From: Octopus bimaculoides
Lineage: Eukaryota
Reading direction: 5' to 3'
Assembly (NCBI RefSeq): GCF_001194135.2
Contig: NC_068987.1
Location: forward strand, 367,723 to 415,966
DNA: 48,244 nt
The position numbers and the translations under genes are program-made. The notes beneath the pieces were generated by a model, which was not told the origin of the DNA, ran no database searches, and saw only the letters and a list, made by a program, of their open reading frames with translations. Each line of letters begins with the position of its first letter. Within the stretch, counting starts at the first letter, position 1. Positions 13,169 through 25,593 of this stretch are shown here, in pieces.

Positions 13169-13803
13169 ATATGCATATATATATAAATATATATATATAN
13201 NNNNNNNNNNNNNNNNNNNNNNNNNNNNNNNNNNNNNNNNNNNNNNNNNNNNNNNNNNNNNNNNNNNNNNNNNNNNNNNNNNNNNNNNNNNNNNNNNNNN
13301 NNNNNNNNNNNNNNNNNNNNNNNNNNNNNNNNNNNNNNNNNNNNNNNNNNNNNNNNNNNNNNNNNNNNNNNNNNNNNNNNNNNNNNNNNNNNNNNNNNNN
13401 NNNNNNNNNNNNNNNNNNNNNNNNNNNNNNNNNNNNNNNNNNNNNNNNNNNNNNNNNNNNNNNNNNNNNNNNNNNNNNNNNNNNNNNNNNNNNNNNNNNN
13501 NNNNNNNNNNNNNNNNNNNNNNNNNNNNNNNNNNNNNNNNNNNNNNNNNNNNNNNNNNNNNNNNNNNNNNNNNNNNNNNNNNNNNNNNNNNNNNNNNNNN
13601 NNNNNNNNNNNNNNNNNNNNNNNNNNNNNNNNNNNNNNNNNNNNNNNNNNNNNNNNNNNNNNNNNNNNNNNNNNNNNNNNNNNNNNNNNNNNNNNNNNNN
13701 NNNNNNNNNNNNNNNNNNNNNNNNNNNNNNNNNNNNNNNNNNNNNNNNNNNNNNNNNNNNNNNNNNNNNNNNNNNNNNNNNNNNNNNNNNNNNNNNNNNN
13801 NNN

Positions 13804-13851
<48 letters not shown>

Positions 13852-14355
13852 GAGAGAGAGAGAGAGAGAGGGGATATATGGAATCGTAACATATAATTGC
13901 CAACCAAGTGTGACGTCCTATACAGGACAGTGCAACTGACGTTTATAGCCCCAGGAAGACATTTCTTCTAGTTGTCTAACGTCACACATTCTGTGTCCAA
14001 TGAGTATATGCGAAGGAAGGTCATCGCTCCCATCCCTAGCCTTACCTGATACACACGGACGTCGCTGGAAAAAGAATATAATATTTTGCGAATGGAGTGA
14101 GTTTTCATCACTAGCTGGTGATTAATACACGCTGAGGACGGGTAACTCCACAGAAGCTCGAGTCCGTGTGTATCTCGTTCGGCATTTTTCGGACGATCCA
14201 GGTCCCTGTTAGTATTCATGTGTGTTAACTACAGCATTAAAAAGGTTTAGCTCCTATTTCTAGCAATGTAGGTGGTTTCTTAACAGCCTAGTCACATTTA
14301 GTGACGTTTGTAATTCTCATTTTTGGTGAAACATTGCAAACAGCTTTTTATATTA

Positions 14356-14402
<47 letters not shown>

Positions 14403-14846
14403 ACACACAGAGTAACGGACACGCGTGCGAGCATGCGCAGGGAGACGCACACGTACATAATACACATGCACTGAGACACGCAAACTTGGTGTGGTATTAT
14501 TGGCAAGAATATCAATGCAAGAGAAATAATCCTGTTATAATGATAAACAGAGTTCTTTCCCTTGAAAATTCTCGAAAACTGGGCATCTCCAAGGTTTTGA
14601 CACATCTTGTATAAGGCTTAGGTTGGACCCCTTAATGATAGACGACTTGTTAATTTGTTTGGCATGATACAATCATGGAGTGGGACTATTCAATGTGAAG
14701 AAATAGTGTTTCTATGAGAGAAAAATATGAAAGAAGGTGGGGAGGAGTCGAAAATTGCCTCAGAAACCAGACGGGTGAGAAGATTGGAGTAAAACCTGGA
14801 AAAACTAAGAACATACACAAATACACACACACACGCACATACATAA

Positions 14847-14880
<34 letters not shown>

Positions 14881-15236
14881 TACATACATAACACATACAT
14901 ACTAATGTGTGTGTGTGTATGCATGCATGTACGTACGTGCGTATGTAGGTATTATGTATGTATGTATTATGTATGTGTGTGTACATGTATGTGCGTATGC
15001 ATATGTGTACATGCCTATACGCATGTATTCATGTATGTAAGTATGTACGTATGTACTTATGTATGTACTTGAGTATTTAGGTAAGTGTGTAGATGTGTCT
15101 GTGTGTGTGTACATGTGTATGTACATGTAAACGTATGTTTATGTACTGATATGTGTCTGTTCAAGTTGTATACACACACACATATACATTTATATACATA
15201 CACACATATATAGACACACACATATATGTGTGTGTA

Positions 15237-15277
<41 letters not shown>

Positions 15278-15564
15278 TTGTCCCTCTCAGCAGCGTCTAA
15301 CGTACATAGATTGATACGTATGGACGTATGTGTAGATGTATGTGTGTGTGTACGTGTGTGTGTACGTGTGTGTGTATGTGTTGCGTGTTCTGTGAGTATG
15401 CGAGTGTATGTGTATGTACATGCATGCACGTACGAGTATGTGTGTAGATATATGCGTGTAAAAAAGAAAGATTAAAAAATAATGAAAAAGCAAATTTGAA
15501 TTTTAACCATTATCCTTGATAATAGTGTCACACACACACACACACACACATACATACACACACC

Positions 15565-16073
15565 TTGTGGTGCAAAAGTAGGTAAACAGTTACGAAAAAA
15601 GAAAACACCGGATAAAACTCCTACACACTTCTTCAGCGACTCTTTTCGTTTCCGTGTGTGTTCTTACTGCATTTACTCCATCTGATGGAGTAGGTCACAG
15701 ATCTGAAGAGGTCACAGATGTGTGACGAAAGATTTCCGGACAATGGACAGGCGTTAAAAATAATAAATTAACAGTAATAAACAAATGAAGAAAAAAAAAT
15801 ATATGTAGTGCGAGTGTTTATGTAATATATATATAGTGCGAGTAATAAATAAAATGACCATCCAGAAATACAACAATATCTGTTTGAACACTCGATTTCA
15901 CATAAGGAATTTTGCAAAACGAATCGATAAATGTATCAAAGTATAGTTATTACTATGATTAATGAAACAGAAAATATGAATCACACGTAACTAAATTATG
16001 TGTGATAATAATGTTAATGAATTAAGTATTATAACATTGGTGTGATGCTGTATACCTACTTTTGCCTCCATAA
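15565..16073. mobile_element. About 510-bp MITE with Tc1/mariner-type TIRs
   Basis: Left TTGTGGTGCAAAAGTAGGTAAACAG (15565-15589) vs reverse complement of right TTATGGAGGCAAAAGTAGGTATACAG (16048-16073); 17/18 identity in the inner part. Confidence 0.65.
15703..15736 (+). ncRNA. Hammerhead-ribozyme-like core (stem I not evident; probably inactive)
   Basis: CTGAAGA-G-[GTCACA-gatg-TGTGAC]-GAAA-GATTTC: intact CUGANGA and GAAA around a perfect 6-bp stem II. Confidence 0.35.
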
Positions 16074-16503
16074 ATGATGAAGTATGCTTCCATATCAATA
16101 AAGGTTAGTAAGAGTAGTGTCCCTTGCAATAGCCCAAATTTTCCATGCCAGCTGTGTTGGGGTGATTTGGTTTTACGGGAGTCATTTACTTTCAAGCTTA
16201 TACTTTTTTTTCAGCAATGTCTATGTATGTGCATGCATTTAGGTGTGTATGTGTGTATGCGCACATTTCCCCCCTTTGTCTTGCTTTAGTCGATCCATGG
16301 TTATGTTTTCGGCAAAGCCTATCACATGTTTTTTATATAAAAAAATGAGACTTTGCAAGCTACATGAGTTCCATACATGGACGTTAACGAACCCTTTGTA
16401 CACGCTTTACCACACGTGCGTTGTCTATTCGTTATCTGTTGATCAAATTTCGCTCGTTATGCGAATTTAATTTTCTTCAGTAAACCGTTCGTTATTCAGT
16501 TTG

Positions 16504-16551
<48 letters not shown>

Positions 16552-16820
16552 ATTTAGAAACGGTCTTCTTTGGAAATGGCCATATATCGGGGACCGTTGC
16601 ACTTTAAACAACCTACCAGATGTGTATCCCTGATATAACATTCCCAAAACTACCAAACTCTACCAGATAAATTGTATTCCTAGATATATTTATCCCCGGT
16701 TATTAAGGACTGATCCACAATAACAGGTGAATCATTGATTAGAAGTTTTGATTGATTGCTATAGATAAAACAACATCCCAATCACAGCACATGTCAAGCA
16801 CGTGCTTATCCTCAGGAGAA

Positions 16821-17030
16821 GTAAAACTGGGTAAAGTAAGGTAAAATGGGATAAAATGGGATAAAATGGGATAAAATGGGATAAAATTGGATAAAACAGA
16901 GTAAAATGGGATAAAATAAAGTAAAATGGGATAAAATAGAGTAAAATGGGATAAAATGGGATAAAATAAAGTAAAATGGGATAAAATAGAGTAAAATGGG
17001 ATAAAATAGAGTAAAATGGGATAAAATGGT
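16821..17030. repeat. 10-bp minisatellite (RTAAAATRRR)x21
   Basis: 21 in-register decamers such as gtaaaatggg, ataaaatggg, ataaaataga and ataaaataaa. Confidence 0.95.
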
Positions 17031-17439
17031 CGGCAACTGAACAGAATAAGGTCGAGCATCACATCTCTGCGTAATACTCCACCATATTTGTACTACAACA
17101 CAAAATTACCGCATAACACCATACAACATGTTCTCACTACCAAACTACATCACATAAGGCATCTTGCAATAAAATCCTTATGCGCGTGTGTATGTGTATA
17201 GTAAATATAATGGCTACACTGAACCAGATGGTTTGCTCTATAACTCTTTGTCTTGATGTTCCCATACTCAAGCCTCAACAGTCAGCGTTGACTTAGCCAA
17301 ATAGACACAGTTGCATTTACATAACAATGGCTACGCAGCCATTTATTTCCTGTGAAGTGTGTTTAGAACTACCTGAATATATTTGTACCTTATTGTATAG
17401 ACACACATAATGATGTGATAAGTATGGAAATAGATAATT

Positions 17440-17960
17440 CCTGGCGTGATTGTTAAAGTAACAAATGGTAGCTGAATGGTTGCGAAGAATATACGAACCA
17501 TGGAGAGCGATACAATTAGAAAGGTGAGAGTTAGAAATGGGTTCTGTGTATAGGAGGTGTCCACCAAGACGCAGTTCTCATACACCTCGTGCGTATTCTA
17601 GTCCTGCAGGCTATAATAGGGGATTTTAAGACTGGTTGTCTGTTGGTACTCTTCAATGCTGATAACCTTGTAGAAGAATTTGTAAAACATTTTAGAGAAG
17701 AAACCCCAAGCATGGAAACAAAACCTAGACGTAACCACCAACTAAAAGTAAACTTAACGAAAATTGAAGTTGAACTGAGTTGGCCGACAATGAGAGAGAG
17801 AGACAAATATATTTTGGGTGTGGAGTGAAAAGAAGAGTTGCTATGTGGTTGGAGTGGATACATGTACATCAAGTTTGGTAGGAGGGGAGATGCACGGAGG
17901 ATGGAAGGCAAAATGTGCTACAATATGGGTCAAAACAATCCGGAAATTCTATTTCTATAA
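17440..17960 (+). mobile_element. Degenerate RTE-clade LINE, RT fragment
   Basis: KVRVRNG...GVHQDAVLIHLVRILVLQAIIGDFKTGCLLVLFNADNLV...LKVNLTKIEV resembles the RTE motif GVHQGSVLSPLLFIIVLQAI..EFKTGCPWELLYADDLV...LKVNLAKTKV. Confidence 0.75.
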
Positions 17961-18479
17961 TAGTAACAACACTTGTTGTATGATACGACTGGAGGAGCGA
18001 TATAAGTAGGAAATTTTATCTGTTGTATAGAGATATACAACTTCTTAACGATTTCAGATCGAATTGCAAAGCCAGCACCCGCCCCTCTATGCTCCTCCTT
18101 CGGTTCCCCCTTTCAAAAAAAGGGTGTATCCACCTCCTACTTCCTCAAGCTGACCATCACCTTCTACACGAGTCTCTGAAAGTGTAAGCAATATCAGTGT
18201 TATAACGGTTCAGCTCGCGAGTAACAAGTGCAGTGCGTCTTTCAGGCCGACAGTCACTCTTGCTATCCAACAAAGGGAGACACATTGCAACAAGAAACAT
18301 TCAAGTTCCAATCTGACCTTGTAAGTATTCTCTTTGCTTTTCGAGCGCAGGATGGACATCTGCCAGTCGCGCTAAACTGACTACGTACATACATACATAC
18401 ATACATACATACATACATACATACATACTCGTCGCTCTCTCTCTCTCTCCCCTCTCTCTCCTTCCTCTTTCTCTCCATC

Positions 18480-19334
18480 CATCCTAGCCCTTATGAGATG
18501 GTGCAGTCTTGTTGGAAGATGTACGGTCTTCAGTTGCATACTCTGTCTATCTCCAGGGCCTCACAGCTTTCTCCAACTTTCTCTCTGTGTAGAGAGCAGC
18601 ATGAACTCGTTAAGCCGTGTGAAAAAATGGTGAGGAAGCATGACATTTCTCTCTTTGCTGACAATTTCCGGAACCCAAAGGAACTTAGTAAGCATGATTG
18701 TTGGAACCTCGTCCAGGTCTCTGCAGAACCATTTGTCGTTCCTTTTTGTTTAACTTTTGTTGATCCTGATGGAAGTTTTCCTCATCAGAGAAAGACCAAA
18801 GCATTCCAGCCTCTGACGTGTTTTAACTTGTTTTGCAAGTTGCAGGGATCAAACGATTCTCTCTCTGGTCACATCTGACAGAAACCGAACACTCTGCGTC
18901 ACATATGACTTCTACTGAAGGTTCACAAGCACAACAACTCTTCTGTTGGTGCATTCTGAAACCTTGAGGCCCTTTGCAATGACTCTGATTGACATTCTGG
19001 AGATTTTATCGATTATTTCTGATGGGATTAGGACCTGTGCATGCATTTTGTGTTTAGTTGCTGATGTTGGATCCCCATCAGCAGCTTCCAGCTCCTTTTC
19101 AACTGTGAAATGAAAGATCAGGTAACTTTCAGGAAGTGTGCTATCTTTGTAATCATTCTGCTGAGCTTTTAAGGTAACGATTACAGCATGTATTTCCATT
19201 TGCTGAGTCAGCTTAATGTCTGACATTGTTTATCTGAAAAGTAAGGTAAAGAAATAAGGAAAGACAGAGCTCTTCAAAGAGGTTTGCTCGAAAAAAGAAA
19301 AACGAAACAAAACAACAAACTCATGCACCTTGTA
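18480..19334 (-). mobile_element. Degenerate maT/DD37D-like (Tc1/mariner superfamily) transposon, 3'-truncated
   Basis: Minus strand: SIRVIAKGLKVSECTNRRVV...KSYV..., SDEENF.QDQ, RNDKWFCRDLDEVPTIMLTKF, VSKERNVMLPHHFF, RPYIFQQDCT..H. A possible TIR start (TACAAGGTGCATGAGTTT) lies at 19334-19317; this boundary is uncertain. Confidence 0.75.
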
Positions 19335-19348
19335 TATGTATGTAAATG

Positions 19349-19415
<67 letters not shown>

Positions 19416-19598
19416 GTGAAGGAAGTTAGTAGCAGGTATGGTGATATCCATGGCAAAGGTTGTTTGGTCTGTTAAACATCAATAAATAAATTCTTAATTT
19501 GATTTGCTACATTAACTTAACTTGTCTTCACAGCCCTGAATATACCACACAAACACCCACACACCCGGACACACGGACATAAAGAGAAATGTGATATC

Positions 19599-19643
<45 letters not shown>

Positions 19644-19845
19644 TGCGCGCACGCGCGCGCGAGTGTGTGTGTTTGGTGATGCAAACCGGAAAAATAGAAC
19701 TCAAAATATGAGTATATTTATATTGTTATTAACATTTAGCAGAAGCGACAGAGCGACTCAAGGTTCGAGAGTTTCCTGCGTTACCACTTATCAAACATGC
19801 ATACATACACATACACACATGATATACACACACGCACTTATTTAA

Positions 19846-19884
<39 letters not shown>

Positions 19885-19969
19885 TGTGTCTGTGTGTAAT
19901 AATATATCTATAACCGATACTGACTGTGTTTCTCTTCTTCAATGGCCTAAACATTCTCCCAGCAAATGC

Positions 19970-20150
19970 CTTATCCTAAGACGTGTCTCGAACTGGCCTC
20001 CTCTCTGCTGAGACCAATCTACTCAGACTTAATCGCAACCCAGCCTTTAATACCTGCCATGGGCTTCCTCTTCCAGAGGAACAATCCACCCCTTTACCAC
20101 CCAACGCTCATTAGGTGACCCCCTTCAATACTTGTCCACTTGCTCACTTC
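19970..20150 (-). mobile_element. Highly decayed RTE LINE 3' fragment
   Basis: GRGSPW... and IGLSREEASSR in different frames resemble the RTE C-terminus GRGRP..W...LGL..EDA.DR. Confidence 0.3.
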
Positions 20151-20303
20151 ATCTATTTTATCATTCATGTAGGTTAGTTTACACATACATACAAACATAC
20201 ATACATACATACATACATACATACATACAAACATACATACATACATACATACATACATACATACATACATACACACGCACATATATCTACACACATACAC
20301 ACA

Positions 20304-21556
20304 CAAGAGGAAGTAAAAAAAATTATCCACACTTTTGCCAAAACTTTCTTTAGGCTGGCTACACCGCTTGTTAAACGGTGATACTCATGTACGTACGTAA
20401 CCGAAGTTTGACCGTGATCGCTCTTTCTTCTGTTACAGAGTAACTGTGGCCACTCCATTGACAGTGTGTACCAAAGAAGAACGAGAGATCATTGATCAGA
20501 TTTCTCTGGTCTGAAGGTGTGTCAGGGGCTGTAATTCATCGCAGGCTTTCGGTACAATTCGAGGACAGCTCCCTACTCCGTAGAAGTGTGTATGAGTGGA
20601 TCTAGAAGTTTAAAAATGGCCGGATGAGCGTGAAGCAGGAAAAGGGAGCAGTTCAGCCATCGACCTATCCCTCACTGACACGAAGTTTCAACAAGCTCGA
20701 CAGATGGCTCTGGCGAACCGACGAGTGACCGACGATGAGGTGGTATATTCTCTGCAGATTACTCATGGCTCTGCAAAACGAAATCATCCACGACGAGCAT
20801 CGCTTCCGCAAATGCGACCGAGAGAGTTTACCGAAGTATGGAGATCTGTCAATGCTTACCTGACCACCTCAACGATGAAAACGAAGCTATTTCGGAGAGA
20901 AAAGTTACAGAAGATGAGACTTGGATACATCGCTTTGAGCCAGAATCCAAGAGGCAGAATATGGGGTGGAAACACCCGGAGTCGCTTGCGAAAAAGAAAC
21001 GCAAGACTCAACCTTCAGCAGGAAAAGTTATACTCACCATTTCTATATTTTTTTTTATACTCACNNNNNNNNNNNTGTGGGGTGGAAGGAAAGTCCTATA
21101 CGGGAACGTTGCCTGGAAATTAGATCTACCTTTACCAGTGTAGACTACAGGGAAATGCTGGCCAACAGACTGATATTGTTAAAGCAGGTGTTACTGTAGC
21201 CCAGCAATGCAGGCTCACATCCAGCCACTGACACCGTTGAAACCATTGGGTTTCGAGTCGATGTGACATCTTCATACAGTTCAGATGTCGCCCTTTCGAA
21301 CTATCATCTCTTCGGTCCGCTTCAGCATCCTTTAGGAGGTCATCGATTCGTCAAGGACGAAGGAGCACAGGGGGCGACGTAAACTGCAGGATCAGCTGAA
21401 AAGCTTCCTGGGTGGAAGAAGCAAAACTTGTGGATTGCTGGAAGAAGTGCATCGAAAAAGAAGAAAACTGGGTCGAAAAGTAATGTAATTAATCAACACC
21501 TGCTTTTGTTTTGGTAAATTACAGAAACAAGAGTGTGATTTGACTTACTCTCGTGT
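20304..21556 (+). mobile_element. Near full-length decayed mariner element (about 1.25 kb)
   Basis: IRFLWSEGVSGAVIHRRL..QFED..L.RRSVYEWI*KFKNGR; VTEDETWIHRFEPESKRQNMGWKHPES..KKK.KTQPSAGKVILT; H.SYSSDVALSNYHLFGPL. Degenerate TIR-like ends near 20304 and 21556; several stops and frameshifts. Confidence 0.9.
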
Positions 21557-21599
21557 AAACACATACACACACACACACAAAACGCATTCTTCATCATTT

Positions 21600-22170
21600 C
21601 TCTGCAGCTTCCAACAGACCCTTTACACTCAATATACGACCCAACATTACATACACCCACCACACTATACTCATCCTCTCATTTCTCTCTCACCCCCACA
21701 AACCCTCCACACTCTATACCCCTCTATCCACACCGTGTATAATCACTCCCATATCTCTAAATACCANNNNNNNNNNTTCAGATGAACAGATTTAATGACT
21801 TCCTCAACGTCTACCACATCTTCCTTATCTGACAACACACATTATTCTCTACAGTCACCTCTCGTTGCTAATTGGATCACCTAGGTAACAAGAATTATCA
21901 CCTACATCTCATTAGCTCTCTAAATACTTCACCCACTCCCACCCCTGCCCAGCCTTTCCATGGTTCCTCTTTTTCTAACTATTTCGGTACATCTGCTAAA
22001 TCTAAACTCCAGCTTCTCACTCGACCAGAGATCCCTCTCTATTCCTCGTGTATCCCTTTTCTTGTACTGACAACACAGTTCTGTGTTTCTAACGACTCCC
22101 GTCTTTCATATTCAATAAAACCATTTCCAACATGGCGCTGGCATTTGGTCTTTTCTCTTCCTGACTTGGA
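21600..22170 (-). mobile_element. Decayed RTE LINE fragment (post-RT region)
   Basis: Minus strand gives KLEFRFSRCTEI, GDNSCYLGDPISN (cf. FCYLGD.IS) and VWWVYVM (cf. LRWYGHVM). Confidence 0.5.
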
Positions 22171-22262
22171 ATTATACCTCTATCATGTTGGCCTGAAAGA
22201 AATTTTGTTTAAATTCTAGAACATTCTTCCAAGCCTGGAACATTTTCTGTAAGACTTTGAAT

Positions 22263-22405
22263 AGGCATGGCTGTGTGGTTAAGAAGCTAGCTTTGCAACC
22301 ACGCGGTCTCAGGTCCATTCCTACTCTGCGGCTCCTTGGGTAAGCGTCTTCTACAATAGCCCCGGGCCGAACAGCATCTTGTGAGTGAAGTAGGAAGATG
22401 GAAAT
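22263..22405 (+). mobile_element. tRNA-derived SINE family A, 5' head
   Basis: A-box-like TGGCTGTGTGGTTAAG, degenerate B-box, then aligns with 28729-28880. Confidence 0.75.
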
Positions 22406-22418
22406 ATTTATATTTATG

Positions 22419-22725
22419 TGAAGGCGCATGGCTTAGTGGTTAGGGCGTTGCACTCACGATTGAGAGATCGTGATTTCGCTTCCCAGATCGGGAGCTGCGT
22501 TGTTTTTCCCTTGAGCAAAACACCGTTTCACTTTGTTCTGCGATCATTTCATCATCTGACATGTGTCACCCAGTTGCACCTGTACAGATAATATCCATCT
22601 GATGGCGGGAGCGAGCTTATGTCAACACAAACATTTGATCACTATAAAGAAATTATTTGTGTAGTTGTTTTGCAAAAAATTGCACAATCACCCTCATACG
22701 TCGTCTTTCGACGGGAGAATCCATG
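22419..22725 (+). mobile_element. tRNA-derived SINE family C
   Basis: GGCGCATGGCTTAGTGGTTAGGGCG (A-box), GATTTCGCTTCC (B-box-like), ...TTGAGCAAAACAC; the head is shared with 47340-47422 on the minus strand. Confidence 0.6.
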
Positions 22726-22794
22726 ATGTATTGTATATATATATATTTATATATATATATATTTATATATATATATATTATATAATTGTGCGTG

Positions 22795-23000
22795 CGTGTT
22801 TATATTTTTGTTTGTCTCTCACCTACCGTTCTGCTCACGTCTCCCACATTTTGTGGTTCGGCAAAAGAGATCAAGAATATAAGCACCAAACTTACAAAAA
22901 AGTGAGTAGTGGGGGTTGATTGTTCGACTAAACCTTTTAAGGCAGTGCTCCAGCGTGACCGCTGTCCAATGACTGAAACAAGCAAAAGATAAAAAGATAA
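22795..23000 (+). mobile_element. SINE family A, 3' half
   Basis: GTGGTTCGGCAAAAGAG...GGGGTTGATTGTTCGACT...AAGGCAGTGCTCCAGCGTGACCGC..ATGACTGAAACAAG aligns with 28980-29113. Confidence 0.8.
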
Positions 23001-23129
23001 AACTTCGCAGCGATGAATGTTTGTGAGATTGTTTCAAGGAATAATGCAAAAAAGAAGGGTAAGAGGAGAGACCCGTGACAAACCCCCTTACATCTACAAT
23101 GGAATCGGTGTTAATAAAGGATCGTCTGA

Positions 23130-23275
23130 CATGGTCAATAGACCTACTAGAAATAGCAGCCAAATTTCCCTCGAAATGCACTGTTTAATAAGGAGAGAAA
23201 AGCTTGGTTAATGTAGCCCTACATTTTTCTAAAAGATGAGATGGTCACAGCTGGATTGTCTTTGATCTACAGCAA
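23130..23275 (-). mobile_element. Unclassified dispersed repeat D
   Basis: Minus strand: GATCAAAGACAATCCAGCTGTGACCATC ... GGAAATTTGGCTGCTATTTCTAGTAGGTC. Confidence 0.6.
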
Positions 23276-23616
23276 AACAACAGCAACAACAGCAACCCCA
23301 CTTGAACCGACGGACAAAACTCGTCTTGTTTCTATAAAACAGCCAAGAATTGAAACCAGTTTCATGAGACATCCGTCACATTGTCACAAAGCGTCAGTGT
23401 GTCTTTGTGTGAGTGTGTGCGTGCGTGCGTGTGTGTCTGTGTATATATACACATGTATATATATACTATATACACACATATACTCACACATACATACATG
23501 CATTCCATACATTCGTACATTTACATGTATACACACATACTCACAGACACACACACATATATATATAATGTACACATACACATACTCATACACAAACACA
23601 TTTGTGCACACACACA

Positions 23617-23654
<38 letters not shown>

Positions 23655-24162
23655 CCTGAATACCCCAGTGATAAATTAGAAACTGTTTTTAAAGAATGAT
23701 AGCGTTGTTTTGTTTGAATCAAAGAAATTACTTGATTTGTTTTTGGTGCAATGTCCAAGATAGAAGAAACATCTGTAAAATGTTATCAGAAGAGCCTTCT
23801 CGAATGGCCAGACGTATTACCCCCAACACTGGAAGGCTTGTACTAATCAACTGCACAACATTTCTTTCATAAATTCTTCACGCAGTTCCACCAAAATATA
23901 AAACCTTCTTGACACTCGACTTCTCTTCAACCAAACTCTGTCAAATCGAAAACAAATCCTCGTTTTACTCGAATTTCATATTTTATTTTTATTCGTCTCC
24001 AGAAATTACGGCAAAATTACGAACCGTTTTGATTCTTCTGACTCAATGTTAAACACGGCTCTGCTTTGTAAAACTTTCGTAAAATATCATCAATCATTGC
24101 TAATCAATAGCTAATTACTATAATCTATCACATACAAATAACACACACACACACACACACAG

Positions 24163-24195
<33 letters not shown>

Positions 24196-24219
24196 GTTAA
24201 TTCATTTAAGTAAAGACAG

Positions 24220-24566
24220 GAAAACCGTTTGGTCTGTGCCAAGTGACTGCTTAACCTTCACGGACATGGCATGCTTTGGTTCTCTGATGAGATAAAAGCT
24301 TTGACCAAGACCTAAAGTCTAATGGAAGAAACGACAGATGGTTATGTGCAGATCCTCCTGAATGGTGTGCATTAAGTATTCAGGTAGTGTGTTTCTTTTA
24401 GGAGTAATGAGAATTGAAATGTCATGCCACGCCACTTCACATCTTCTTCACAGGGTCTCAGAATTTATGCTGCGGGATACGTTTGAGATGCTGGAAACAG
24501 TTATTAAGCTCTGGATGGATAAAGTATGCAGTAAAAGGCCAGAAGTCCAGCGGATCAAATGGCCCC
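24220..24566 (+). mobile_element. Second maT/DD37D-like transposase fragment
   Basis: NRLVCAK*LLN...MLWFSDE, RNDRWLCADPPE, HIFF.QGLRIYAAGY.EMLETVIKLWMDKVCSKRP; same family as 18480-19334. Confidence 0.7.
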
Positions 24567-24569
24567 AGG

Positions 24570-24775
24570 CAAATAACAAGAGCAAAGAGGAGGGCCATAA
24601 ACTCCATCAGTGAAGCGGCAGAGAAGGTTCGGGATAAAGGGAACAAACTGGTGGTTTGCTGCTATTGGGATGCATGCCGGGACTTGATCAACCTCGACTG
24701 GATTAGGGGGTAACATGTCGAAAGACCCCCCAAACTCCCGACACCCCAGAAACATTGACCGTGCGTTCCAGAGCA
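24570..24775 (+). mobile_element. HERO-like RLE retrotransposon 3' end
   Basis: ITRAKRRAINSISEAAEK followed by GCCGGGACTTGATCAACCTCGACTGG...TGTCGAAAGACCC, resembling my recollection of HERO C-termini and 3' UTRs. Confidence 0.6.
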
Positions 24776-24849
24776 TTCGTAACATGCAACGTAAAACTAA
24801 AACTACATACATATAATGCTTTCAAATTTTTTCACAACGAGTTCGGGGG

Positions 24850-25010
24850 AGGGGATGAGTCGACCCCAGTACACAACTGGTATTTATTTCATCGATCCCG
24901 AAAGGAGGAAAGGCAAAGTGGACCTCGATGGAATTTTAACTCAGAACGTAAAGACGGACGAAAGGCCGGTAAGCATTTTGCCCGCCGTACAAACGACTCT
25001 ACCGGCTTCC
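24850..25010 (-). mobile_element. tRNA-derived SINE family B
   Basis: Minus strand: CGTTCTGAGTTAAAATTCC (B-box-like) ..GAGGTCCACTTTGCCTTTCCTCCTTTCGGGATCGATGAAATAAATACCAG; repeated many times in the window. Confidence 0.8.
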
Positions 25011-25396
25011 ATACATACATGCATACATACATACATGCATGCATGCATACATACATATATACATACATACACACATACATACATACACACACACACACAT
25101 ATATATATACATATATACATACATACATACAAACGTACATACATACACACATACACATACACACACATACATACTCTGACACTCATTTCTTACAGACACA
25201 GCACTTACTCGACCTCAGTATATGACTGATATTTTATGTTTGTTTTTTTGGAGAGATAACTGGTGAAGTTGATCTCGGTAGAATTTGAACTCGAAACGAC
25301 GAAAGGTACTTTAATCCTCTCTCAAACGATTCAGCTAATCCAAGCAATAAGAAACAAGGATTTTATAACAGGGTTATAGAATCAGTCCCAGTGGAA

Positions 25397-25470
25397 ACCA
25401 CTCGCCCAGGTTGCCGTGCAGCGGGACTGAACTCGGTTCCATACGGGACTGAACCTCTTAATAATAACAG
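25397..25470 (-). mobile_element. SINE family A head fragment
   Basis: CACTCGCCCAGGTTGCCGTGCAGCGGGACTGAAC is the reverse complement of the family A B-box region. Confidence 0.6.
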
Positions 25471-25538
25471 AACCACGTCTTAAGACCTTCTATTTAAAAC
25501 TTGTGTCGGTGGTGCTGGAGGAAATTTCCTGTGTCTTA

Positions 25539-25593
<55 letters not shown>

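Noticed and set aside
14046-14064. Minus-strand 19-nt microexon-like signal (TTCTTTTTCCAG|...ATCAG|GTAAG)
   Set aside because: The length is not a multiple of 3, there is no neighbouring exon evidence, and such signals arise by chance in 48 kb. Only RNA-seq junctions could rescue it.
16821-17030. Regular repeat array as CRISPR or telomeric repeat
   Set aside because: There are no unique spacers or cas genes, the context is eukaryotic, and the unit is not TTAGGG-like.
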